64,000 bases of DNA from a virus (taxonomy: Duplodnaviria; Caudoviricetes). The number at the start of each line of letters is the position of its first letter. Positions within the stretch are counted from its first letter, which is position 1. Of this stretch, positions 29,211-36,681 are shown one piece after another. Below the pieces are notes generated by a model. The model was not told the origin of the DNA. It searched no databases and saw only the letters and a list, made by a program, of their open reading frames with translations. The DNA lies in the IMG/VR virus record IMGVR_UViG_3300033076_001145, positions 144,635 through 208,634 of that record; one strand, written 5' to 3'. Made by a program: the position numbers and the translations under genes.

Positions 29211-29297
29211 CGGAAGACGTAGGACTCGAACCTACACATCAGTTTCCCGATACCGGTTTTCAAGACCGGGGCGATACCAATTACGCTTTAGCCTTCC
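29211..29297 (-). tRNA. trnS: tRNA-Ser(TGA)
   Basis: CCGGT-CTTGAAA-ACCGG, long variable arm, G73. Confidence 0.92.
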
Positions 29298-29299
29298 AA

Positions 29300-29510
29300 G
29301 TTCCCCACCCTGAGATTCCAAGTGAGTAGTCATATCGGTTTTTCTCTTTCCAAAAACCTGCTGGGCATCCCCGTTGAAAAAAGTCACACTACGTAGGAGG
29401 AGTTGTGCTGTCTCCTTTATCCCCACGATGTCCCACTCGCGCCGTAGACATTCTGCGGAATCATTCTTTAGGTCTTGATTCGAAGACCGTTGAGTATCTC
29501 TTACTCATTA
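29300..29510 (-). ncRNA. unidentified structured RNA upstream of tRNA-Ser
   Basis: Hairpins TGAGTA/TACTCA, GGTCTT/AAGACC, AGGAG/CTCCT, GGTTTTT/AAAAACC. Confidence 0.4.
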
Positions 29511-29653
29511 TCGTTATAAATCCATTGATTGATGTGTTGGGTCACTATCATCATCTTTTTTTCTTAAAAAATGTTACCTTCCGTTATTATCACCCACGTA
29601 CCCAATAATATAAACAATAGAATCCCAATCATACTTTTTGTTTTTAAAAATTT

Positions 29654-29771
29654 GCAGTCAGGACAGGATTCGAACCTGTTATAAGAGAGGTCACTTACCG
29701 CTGATGGGACATATACCATCACCCTCTGTACTGCCGTACCACGTTGCGTCTACCATTCCGCCACCTGACTA
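29654..29771 (-). ncRNA. family A tRNA-like scaffold 11
   Basis: Same frame; insert with TGATGG/CCATCA. Confidence 0.8.
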
Positions 29772-29826
29772 TGGTGGAGGGATTGCTTTTTTTATAGAAG
29801 AGCTCGCCCACCTCAGAACTTCTTTT

Positions 29827-29937
29827 GTAGTCAGGACAGGGTTCGAACCTGTAATTTGAATATAGAGGATATAGTTTTCATACTAGTTCTATAACATGAT
29901 ACTCCATTTAATCGTCTACCATTCCGCCACCTGACTA
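29827..29937 (-). ncRNA. family A tRNA-like scaffold 12
   Basis: Same frame, unique insert. Confidence 0.8.
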
Positions 29938-30041
29938 TTTTGTATGTTATGGAGGGTTACCCATAAAGTTTACTAACACCCTACTTTCGTTTGTCCTGTT
30001 AGTACCACTCGGCCTCTCGTAGCCACTACTTCATACATTTT

Positions 30042-30145
30042 GTAGTCAGGACAGGATTCGAACCTGTAATACTCCGAAGAGCTTTCTCATATAGGCTATT
30101 TCACTATACTTTTGATATCGTATATCCAATTCCGATACCTGACTA
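30042..30145 (-). ncRNA. family A tRNA-like scaffold 13
   Basis: Same frame, unique insert. Confidence 0.75.
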
Positions 30146-30250
30146 TTTAGTGTTATTATTGAGTTTACTCCCTTATAAATTATAAGTGTTTGCAACCACC
30201 TATAGCATTCCTCATTTATTCCGTTCTTAGCTGTGAGTCTAATAACATTT

Positions 30251-30326
30251 GTAGTCAGGACAGGATTTGAACCTGCAATCTCTCCCACATACTGTAAGAG
30301 CGCATTACCAATTAGCCACCTGACTA
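30251..30326 (-). ncRNA. family A tRNA-like scaffold 14 (shortest, tRNA-sized)
   Basis: 76 nt; central hairpin lacks a 7-nt anticodon loop. Confidence 0.75.
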
Positions 30327-30529
30327 TATTCGGGACGGGATTAAGCATCTCCCATATGTCCCTACTTTTTTCCTATCGTTTGAGTTTTGGGTTTAGGTCT
30401 GAAAACTCCTTCGGTAAGGAAAAAGACCGCAGTTTCTGGAAACTTACAAAACCCCAACCTTGCACCCTTTGTTACTTTAACGTCTCAACAATAGCTCTCA
30501 CTTGGACGAGTGTCAAAAAAGACGGCTTG

Positions 30530-30676
30530 CTGAATAAAAAGGATTTGAACCTTAATCCTGTGTCCCCTTTCACCGTCCTCATGCGGACTGTCGTTACTCC
30601 GTTCTACTGTGCTCCTTTACACCATATTCAATCGGTAGTTTCGAACCTACCAGGTACCAAGTTAATTACTCTTGGA
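30530..30676 (-). ncRNA. family B tRNA-like RNA with two upstream hairpins, copy 2
   Basis: Homologous to 18195-18341. Confidence 0.7.
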
Positions 30677-30680
30677 CTTT

Positions 30681-30775
30681 GTAGTCAGAACAGGATTCGA
30701 ACCTATACGTTAGCTTTACATTTCGTTGACTAACCGCACCTTGAAGCGAGCGTCTTCCATTCCGCCACCTGACTA
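30681..30775 (-). ncRNA. family A tRNA-like scaffold 15
   Basis: Same frame; CGC-TTCAAGGT-GCG (8-nt loop) and GTTAG/CTAAC arm. Confidence 0.78.
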
Positions 30776-30779
30776 TGCC

Positions 30780-30855
30780 GAGGATGAGAAGTCCTCTGTG
30801 TTGTGTCATAACTGGATGACCTACCAACTAATTCCTTTCTCAAGGGAACAACACA
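30780..30855 (-). ncRNA. family C structured motif, copy 3
   Basis: Same constant arms; variable hairpin GTCAT/ATGAC. Confidence 0.7.
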
Positions 30856-31298
30856 ATATTGTTGATAGTGTTGGGATACCCGTCTCGTCCCAATCTTAAC
30901 AGCTTTGTTGAAGTTTTACAAGGCCTTGGCTGAGGGTGGTGATTCCCGATTCCACTCTGGATTGTCGACATCCGTTAAGTGGGGAAATCCACTATCAAAT
31001 ATTTTTAAAGTTACTCAACCCCTCACGTCCTTTTACTCTTGGGGTTAAAGGTCTTGCGGACCACCATAACGGGTTTATCATACTAGGAAGACGCTCAGTA
31101 TATAAACCTTGCACCTCTCTGAAGTAACTATTTAATTATCTGTTTCAAAGAACTTCTACAAATGTATGGTGTTTTTTTCAATTCACCAAATTTTATTTGT
31201 TAATTTTTGAAGTGTGATTTAATCTTCATCCAAACTATGTCGGGGTAATTAAAAACCCACCAAAAAAACCAATATATCTTTTTCATAATTTTAATTTG

Positions 31299-31386
31299 TG
31301 GATACATTGGGACTCGAACCCAAACCAACCAACGGGGCCATCAGTCATACGGTTACCCCAAATTTCCACCTTCCATAAGTGTACCC
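31299..31386 (-). ncRNA. tRNA-like RNA without canonical anticodon arm
   Basis: GGGTACA/TGTATCC acceptor; TTGGG-TTCGAGT-CCCAA T arm. Confidence 0.55.
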
Positions 31387-31392
31387 ATATTT

Positions 31393-31526
31393 GTAGTCAG
31401 GACAGGATTCGAACCTGTGATAGTCTCCATCAGCACATTGATTAAAGCAGAGACTCCGTTGTTTGAGGTTCATGGCGGAACCTATTTCAATGTTTCGGTG
31501 CGTGTTTCCATCTCGCCACCTGACTA
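31393..31526 (-). ncRNA. family A tRNA-like scaffold 16
   Basis: Same frame; AGGTTC/GAACCT and AGTCTC/GAGACT hairpins. Confidence 0.78.
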
Positions 31527-31532
31527 TATTTG

Positions 31533-31618
31533 ACCACTGGTGGGATTCGAACCCCAAAGACCTTACGTATCGGTCACCCTCCTGTTCGTCCTATCCTGTA
31601 GTAACTTTCAACAGTGGT
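31533..31618 (-). ncRNA. tRNA-like RNA (acceptor plus T arm only)
   Basis: ACCACTG/CAGTGGT; GGGTTCGAATCCC. Confidence 0.5.
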
Positions 31619-31675
31619 TTTTAATCAATAGGGGGATTACGAATCCCTAGAACAGGTACTCCTATTGAAGTTTTT

Positions 31676-31759
31676 GTAGTCAGGACAGGATTTGATACCT
31701 GTATAATTTCATCTCAAGTCTAAGACTCGGAATTACTGTAACTGCCCAGCGCCTGACTA
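31676..31759 (-). ncRNA. family A tRNA-like scaffold 17 (degenerate)
   Basis: AGTCAGG/CCTGACT and T stem intact; D arm and T loop decayed. Confidence 0.6.
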
Positions 31760-31914
31760 TATTAACTATGAGAGCACGTTGTTCTTCGCATCTCTTTGGT
31801 ATTTCCCGTGGTTAGTTAGACCAGATAGAGCGTTTCCCTATCAGAAGTTCCATATAGGTAATCAACCTACTTCTCATCGTATTGGACATACTATCTGATG
31901 ATTAGTCAGAACGT

Positions 31915-31999
31915 GTAGTCAGGAGAGGATTCGAACCCCCAACGATGCAACCTTTTTATCGGATGTGATGCCGTTTCCACATTACGCATTACCTGACTA
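31915..31999 (-). ncRNA. family A tRNA-like scaffold 18 (degenerate)
   Basis: AGTCAGG/CCTGACT with T arm GGGGG-TTCGAAT-CCTCT; TATATTTG promoter directly upstream. Confidence 0.65.
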
Positions 32000-32185
32000 A
32001 TTATTTTACAAATATACTAATTTTATTTCATAATCCCCTTCCCTTTCAGTTAAAAACTTTTTTGCCTCGTCAATGGTTGGGTGGGCTCTATACGGAAACC
32101 TTGGTAGTAATCCACTTTTTGGTCCGTATATATGAACAGATTTACTACAACTAAAAGTTACAATTTTTTCTTTATTTGTCATATC

Positions 32186-32485
32186 TTATCCATTTTTTAC
32201 CTCTTCATCCCATTCTGATATAACAAACTTTAAATCCATCCATCCACCTTCTTCATCTTCTCTATATTCAGCTAGAAATCCACCAGTTGATACGGTTGTC
32301 TTTTCCTCAATCGCCATTTTCAAAAGTCGTCTTGCTTCACTTCTTAATTCATATTTTTCAGGAACCTCAAGACTACCATTCCTATTTGCCCATTTCCAAT
32401 CAAGGAATACCATTACCTTATGAACTTGGTCAAAGTCAAAGCTATCCATTATGTTGTCAAGAGCGTCTTGTTGTTTTGGTGTCAT
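32186..32485 (-). CDS. hypothetical protein
   Basis: 99 aa with promoter motif upstream. Confidence 0.7.
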   Translation of the reverse strand: MTPKQQDALDNIMDSFDFDQVHKVMVFLDWKWANRNGSLEVPEKYELRSEARRLLKMAIEEKTTVSTGGFLAEYREDEEGGWMDLKFVISEWDEEVKNG

Positions 32486-32540
32486 ATTCTTATCGTTTTG
32501 TGATTACAAATATATGGCAAGATTTCTATCAGTCCAAATA

Positions 32541-32819
32541 TTATTTTGATTTTTCTTCAGATACAGTATCAATAATGGTCCATATTGTAAAAGTTAATCC
32601 AGCGACTACCCACAACCAATGTCTGAAACCCCAATGCCAACTTGGACCGTGAGTATCATGAGAATATAAACATCCTTCTCTAATCACATTATTATTGATG
32701 TATTCAACTTTACCACCATTACATTGCCAATCACCAAATAATTCGTGAGCATATTCTGGTACAAATGACATACAGAATATGACGGCAAACATTATTAAAA
32801 TTTTTAATTTATTTTTCAT
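32541..32819 (-). CDS. hypothetical membrane protein
   Basis: Two hydrophobic segments. Confidence 0.65.
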   Translation of the reverse strand: MKNKLKILIMFAVIFCMSFVPEYAHELFGDWQCNGGKVEYINNNVIREGCLYSHDTHGPSWHWGFRHWLWVVAGLTFTIWTIIDTVSEEKSK

Positions 32820-33075
32820 TTTGAATCCCTTTGATTTTATCTCTCATCCATTTTGCACCATCAATAAAACTTTCTTTGTTTTCATCTTGAGCATATTCCC
32901 ATTTACTGACTACATATCCATTAGCATCTTTTTCTATCTCCTCCTCCGTTGGTAGTTGTATTGGGGTAAATTCAGCAAGTATCTGTTCTCGTTTTAACAT
33001 TCTACCATCCGTCATATTTTCCCTAATTCTTTTGGCAAAATTAAACATTTGCTCTTCCGTATATAACTTATTCAT
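32809..33075 (-). CDS. hypothetical protein, paralogue of 33068-33304
   Basis: KLYTEEQ..LPTEEE..SFIDGAKWMRDKIKG. Confidence 0.7.
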   Translation of the reverse strand: MNKLYTEEQMFNFAKRIRENMTDGRMLKREQILAEFTPIQLPTEEEIEKDANGYVVSKWEYAQDENKESFIDGAKWMRDKIKGIQNEK

Positions 33076-33304
33076 TATTACCTCCTTTGATTTTATCTCT
33101 CATCCATTTAGCACCATCTATAAATGAAAATGGACTAATGTTTCTTTCTGCTCTTTCTTCCATCTCCTCATCAGTCGGTAAAGTAACCGGAGTTAATTCG
33201 TCAATAAGATTTTGTGCGGTCGGTTTATTCAAACTAAATTCGGCCAGGTTTTGCCGATATTTATAAATCAACTCGTGTAGTTGTTCTTCTGTGTAAAGTT
33301 TCAT
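33068..33304 (-). CDS. hypothetical protein, paralogue of 32809-33075
   Basis: KLYTEEQ..LPTDEE..SFIDGAKWMRDKIKG. Confidence 0.7.
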   Translation of the reverse strand: MKLYTEEQLHELIYKYRQNLAEFSLNKPTAQNLIDELTPVTLPTDEEMEERAERNISPFSFIDGAKWMRDKIKGGNNE

Positions 33305-33720
33305 TTTGTTTCTTCTAAATAAAGTTCATATAATTCTTCTTCGGTGTAGTATTCTTTATACTTGTTGAAAGTTTCGCGAGTTCTCTCATTCTGCCATTCC
33401 CACATCCATTTATCAACAACCCATATAGACATCCAGTCACTAGCTAACCATTTAGCAAAGTCAATTGCACCTTCCTTTCTTAACTCCTCCTCGTTGTTGT
33501 ATTGATGTACGTAAGCTCTCATATCATCAGAGTAGTCAGCATACAATCCGTTTTTAGCGTCCATATGCATTAATTCAATTAATGCTCCTTTTTGTCGCAT
33601 CTTATATAATATCTCTAATCCACGTCTAGATACTATAAAGTGAGCATCATTCATAAAGAAATTATCCCATACCGCTTTTAATACAAATGTGTTCCAAAAT
33701 CTTTTCCAAAGTGTTTTCAT
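33301..33720 (-). CDS. hypothetical protein
   Basis: 139 aa, coupled stop/start. Confidence 0.65.
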   Translation of the reverse strand: MKTLWKRFWNTFVLKAVWDNFFMNDAHFIVSRRGLEILYKMRQKGALIELMHMDAKNGLYADYSDDMRAYVHQYNNEEELRKEGAIDFAKWLASDWMSIWVVDKWMWEWQNERTRETFNKYKEYYTEEELYELYLEETK

Positions 33721-33920
33721 TTTACCTCATCAATTAAATTCAATATAATTTCTTTATTCAGGTTACACTGAGCTACCATATCTTTAATAAGTTGTCTCCC
33801 CTCTTCTGTGGAATTAAACTTAACCCATTTCTCATCATCCGACATTAACTCGGTCAATGTCCAAAATGGTGTAAGTTTGTTTCTTATTTTTGCGTTAAGG
33901 GGTTCCACATTATTTATCAT
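33717..33920 (-). CDS. hypothetical protein
   Basis: Start reassigned to MINNVEPL to minimise overlap. Confidence 0.55.
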   Translation of the reverse strand: MINNVEPLNAKIRNKLTPFWTLTELMSDDEKWVKFNSTEEGRQLIKDMVAQCNLNKEIILNLIDEVK

Positions 33921-34368
33921 TCTCTTGTTCTTTCTCAACGATTTCAATAAGCCTGATAAGACAAGCAAGTTCTGCTTCTTCGTAGGTCTTAAATTCAGGA
34001 CCATCATCCTCTACCTTTGTCTTTCCTCTTTTATTAAGAATCTCATAGTCAAAGCAACCTGGTCCAGAATTATCATCTTGGTAGTTAGTTGAATGGAATA
34101 ACCCATACTTCTCTCTAAACCATTTAAATGCCTGTGAGAATGTTGGTACTTGTAATTCTAACTCATCAAACCCTGATGAAGGATGTTTTTCAGGAATCGG
34201 ATATTCAAATTTAATATCGTGACCATTCATAGTAATGTGTGGTTTGTATGGCTCCTTTGTATGACGGTTTAGACTATTTAACCACCACACTCTTACAAAA
34301 CAAGGTTCATCAAATCCAAGAGCTTTAAGTCTTAGTGATAGTTCATAGGGCACAAATTCTTTGTTCAT
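33910..34368 (-). CDS. hypothetical phage protein
   Basis: MNKEFVPYELSLRLKALGFDEPC..PTFSQAFKWFREK..TYEEAE. Confidence 0.7.
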   Translation of the reverse strand: MNKEFVPYELSLRLKALGFDEPCFVRVWWLNSLNRHTKEPYKPHITMNGHDIKFEYPIPEKHPSSGFDELELQVPTFSQAFKWFREKYGLFHSTNYQDDNSGPGCFDYEILNKRGKTKVEDDGPEFKTYEEAELACLIRLIEIVEKEQENDK

Positions 34369-34369
34369 A

Positions 34370-34594
34370 TTACTTAATTTTGTTTAATGAATAAGCAGTA
34401 AGGATTGAATATTTATCTACTTCCTCGTCATCAGTGAAAGGAATAAATTTGGTCGTTGCCTCATTTGCCGCGGTTTTCAATGCTGCTTGAACATGAAGTT
34501 TAGCGAATTCAATCATCATTTCAGTTGATGTTGCTTCATCATTTTCTGAAATCATTTTATCAAATAACTCTTTTGCTGTTGGTATTGTATTCAT
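34370..34594 (-). CDS. hypothetical protein
   Basis: MIEFAKLHVQAAL. Confidence 0.65.
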   Translation of the reverse strand: MNTIPTAKELFDKMISENDEATSTEMMIEFAKLHVQAALKTAANEATTKFIPFTDDEEVDKYSILTAYSLNKIK

Positions 34595-34617
34595 ACAACA
34601 AAGATAAGGCGGAATTA

Positions 34618-35013
34618 TTATCCCGCCAAAACTTCTTTCACAATTTCTGAAACAATTTTGTTGTCAGCCTGTCCCTTGAAGTTCTTATTGAACTCACCCA
34701 TAATCTGCCCAACATTCAACAAACCATTTAACTTATAGTTTGAAACGATTTCACGGATTCTGTCAGGTCCCATCTGAGCTGGCAAATATGGTTTAATATA
34801 TTCCAACTCCTTTAATGAGTCAGGTGTGTTTGTTTGAGTCAAAGATTTTTCCATCTTCCTCAATATCGCAACAACAACCTCATCCGTTGCTGAACCACTG
34901 CGACCTTCTTCGTTTTGGATTTCTCCCTTAACAACCCCCAAAAAGTTTTTCTTTTCAGTTTCCTTGTTTTTAAATGCGGACATAAAGTCGGCATTGATTC
35001 TTTCTTTTAACAT
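34618..35013 (-). CDS. GatB/YqeY domain protein
   Basis: LKERINAD..A.K..YLP.Q..GQIMG..KGQAD.K.V..IVKE. Confidence 0.8.
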   Translation of the reverse strand: MLKERINADFMSAFKNKETEKKNFLGVVKGEIQNEEGRSGSATDEVVVAILRKMEKSLTQTNTPDSLKELEYIKPYLPAQMGPDRIREIVSNYKLNGLLNVGQIMGEFNKNFKGQADNKIVSEIVKEVLAG

Positions 35014-35035
35014 AGTTTTATTTATTAAAGTTTAG

Positions 35036-35106
35036 TTGTCCCTGATGGATTCGAACCACCATTATCTGAATCAAAATCAGATGTCCTGCCCTTAGACGAA
35101 GGGACA
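35036..35106 (-). tRNA. trnQ: tRNA-Gln(TTG)
   Basis: TCTGA-TTTTGAT-TCAGA. Confidence 0.92.
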
Positions 35107-35167
35107 AAATGGAGTGTAGTGGGGCTGCAGTCCCCTGAGGCACCTACACAAGTTATTCCTCTTTTTG

Positions 35168-35239
35168 CGGTCTATGAGGGAATCGAACCCTCATCCTCCG
35201 ATAGACAGTCGGATATCGTATCCTTTGGACCAATAGACC
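35168..35239 (-). tRNA. trnD: tRNA-Asp(GTC)
   Basis: TCCGA-CTGTCTA-TCGGA, G73. Confidence 0.9.
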
Positions 35240-35246
35240 GTATTTG

Positions 35247-35319
35247 AGCAGTGAAATGGAATCGAACCATCGTTTCTGAATTGGTAATCCATCGTAATAA
35301 ACCTCTATACGACCACTGC
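35247..35319 (-). tRNA. trnG: tRNA-Gly with ACC anticodon
   Basis: G1-C72, C2-G71, U73; loop TT-ACC-AA. Confidence 0.75.
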
Positions 35320-35397
35320 AGTTTGGGTGGAATCAGAGGCCTTCTGTCCACCGAGACCTCGTAGTTGACTTTCGTCAGAGCTTACCGAGACACTAGG

Positions 35398-35470
35398 AGC
35401 GGGTTGGGGTAATCGAAACCCCATCTTCACTTTGGAAGAGTGACATAATGAGCCGTTATACGAAACCCGC
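35398..35470 (-). tRNA. trnG: tRNA-Gly(TCC)
   Basis: TCACT-CTTCCAA-AGTGA, U73. Confidence 0.9.
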
Positions 35471-35552
35471 TTATAAAAAAACCCACTTCGTCAGATTAAC
35501 GGACTGACTGCCATTTCGGAGGTGGGGTTTGTCCTGTTAATTCAGGACCTCG

Positions 35553-35625
35553 TGGAACGGGAGAGAATCGAACTCTCATAAAACGATTTTCAGTCGTTCA
35601 CCTTGACCACGTTGGTAACCGTTCC
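35553..35625 (-). tRNA. trnF: tRNA-Phe(GAA)
   Basis: AACGA-CTGAAAA-TCGTT. Confidence 0.9.
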
Positions 35626-35660
35626 ATATTTCGTTTGCAAATATACAAACTTTTTCGTTG

Positions 35661-35732
35661 TCCCGGTAAAAAGAATTGAACTTTTGACAACTTGGATATG
35701 AATCAAGTACTCTACCACTGAGTTATACCGGG
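35661..35732 (-). tRNA. tRNA with CAT anticodon (Met or Ile2)
   Basis: Loop TTCATAT; A-C mismatch closing the stem. Confidence 0.75.
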
Positions 35733-35739
35733 TTAAAAG

Positions 35740-35813
35740 TAGCCCCTGTGTGAATCGAACACACGACCTATTGTTTGTAAGACAATCGCCCTAAACCACT
35801 GAGCCAAGGGGCT
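35740..35813 (-). tRNA. trnV: tRNA-Val(TAC)
   Basis: ATTGT-CTTACAA-ACAAT. Confidence 0.9.
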
Positions 35814-35833
35814 ATTTTAGTGGAAAATAATCT

Positions 35834-35897
35834 CCACCCATTTTTTCCGTGAAGAGTCGTTTTCCACCCATTTTTCACAAGTCCCACCCATTTTTTT
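35834..35897. repeat. three copies of CCACCCATTTTT
   Basis: Direct repeats in the Ile-Val intergenic spacer. Confidence 0.7.
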
Positions 35898-35899
35898 CG

Positions 35900-35973
35900 T
35901 ACTTCCGATTGGAATTGAACCAATGACCTTGACTGTATAAGAGTCCCGCTCTATACCCCTGAGCTACGGAAGC
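35900..35973 (-). tRNA. trnI: tRNA-Ile(TAT)
   Basis: GACT-CTTATAC-AGTC, A73. Confidence 0.85.
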
Positions 35974-35983
35974 ATTTGTGGAA

Positions 35984-36205
35984 TTACTTCCACTGATTTT
36001 TTCTGTTGTATTTCCAAGTTCTATACTCTCGTACTTTAGCCCAAGGAATTTTCTTGTTGGGGTTTTTATAACCTCTCTTATGGTATGGATAGAAATTTAA
36101 TCCTTCATCCCAATAAAGTGGATACCATTCGTTTAGAGAAATTAGGTGGTAATCCCGACCACATTCTGATTGTTTGAGCTTTGCTCTGTTTCTGTTTTTT
36201 GACAT
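35984..36205 (-). CDS. basic hypothetical protein within tRNA cluster
   Basis: 73 aa ending RTWKYNRKNQWK. Confidence 0.6.
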   Translation of the reverse strand: MSKNRNRAKLKQSECGRDYHLISLNEWYPLYWDEGLNFYPYHKRGYKNPNKKIPWAKVREYRTWKYNRKNQWK

Positions 36206-36274
36206 AGTTATTAGGGTTTACCTAATAGCCATAATAGTGCCCTGGTCTCATAATTTTTGGTTTTTAAAGTTTAG

Positions 36275-36347
36275 TGGACACGGTGGGGCTCGAACCCAAT
36301 CTTCCGCATTGCAAGTGCAGCGCTTTAGCCATTTAAGCTACCGGCCC
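36275..36347 (-). tRNA. trnA: tRNA-Ala(TGC)
   Basis: G3-U70; CTGCA-CTTGCAA-TGCGG. Confidence 0.88.
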
Positions 36348-36358
36348 ATTTTAAATTG

Positions 36359-36430
36359 TCGAAAATGTACGAATCGAACGTCTCCTGAATGCCCCAAACA
36401 TCCCATGCATACCATTACACCTCATTCTCG
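36359..36430 (-). tRNA. trnP: tRNA-Pro(TGG)
   Basis: C1-G72; GGATG-TTTGGGG-CATTC. Confidence 0.8.
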
Positions 36431-36437
36431 AATTAAG

Positions 36438-36512
36438 TTCTCACGGCTGGACTCGAACCAGCGACCGTTTGTGTATCAGACAAAAACTCTAAACCACCTG
36501 AGCTACGTGAGA
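36438..36512 (-). tRNA. trnI: tRNA-Ile(GAT)
   Basis: TTTGT-CTGATAC-ACAAA. Confidence 0.9.
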
Positions 36513-36519
36513 ATGTTAG

Positions 36520-36590
36520 AGCCCCTACTCGGAATCGAACCAAGAACAATTGATTACAAATCAATCGTTATACCTTTTAACTATAGAGGC
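36520..36590 (-). tRNA. trnT: tRNA-Thr(TGT)
   Basis: ATTGA-TTTGTAA-TCAAT. Confidence 0.9.
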
Positions 36591-36596
36591 TTGTTG

Positions 36597-36681
36597 CACG
36601 CCAGGAAGGATTCGAACCCTCATAGAACATAATAGTTCACGGTTTTGGAGACCGTTGCCTAAACCATTCGGCCACTGACGT
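36597..36681 (-). tRNA. trnW: tRNA-Trp(CCA) with long variable arm
   Basis: ACGGT-CTCCAAA-ACCGT, G73; extra arm GAAC-TATTAT-GTTC. Confidence 0.85.

Noticed and set aside
19265-31557. ORF-track peptides with recurring CSQDRIRTC / VVRTGFEP / GSNPVLTT (e.g. 19265, 28238, 29638, 30046, 30233, 31345)
   Set aside because: They are translations of the tRNA-like T arm and acceptor in various frames and strands, not a protein family
19317-31999. Family A as a CRISPR array
   Set aside because: Two different constant halves that pair with each other, inserts of ~25-105 nt, irregular spacing and a clear tRNA fold
19317-31999. Family A as intron-containing tRNAs or tmRNA
   Set aside because: Inserts lack group I P/Q/R/S cores and are too short; no G3-U70 or tag ORF
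36174-36632. 152-aa + strand ORF
   Set aside because: Antisense to five tRNA genes
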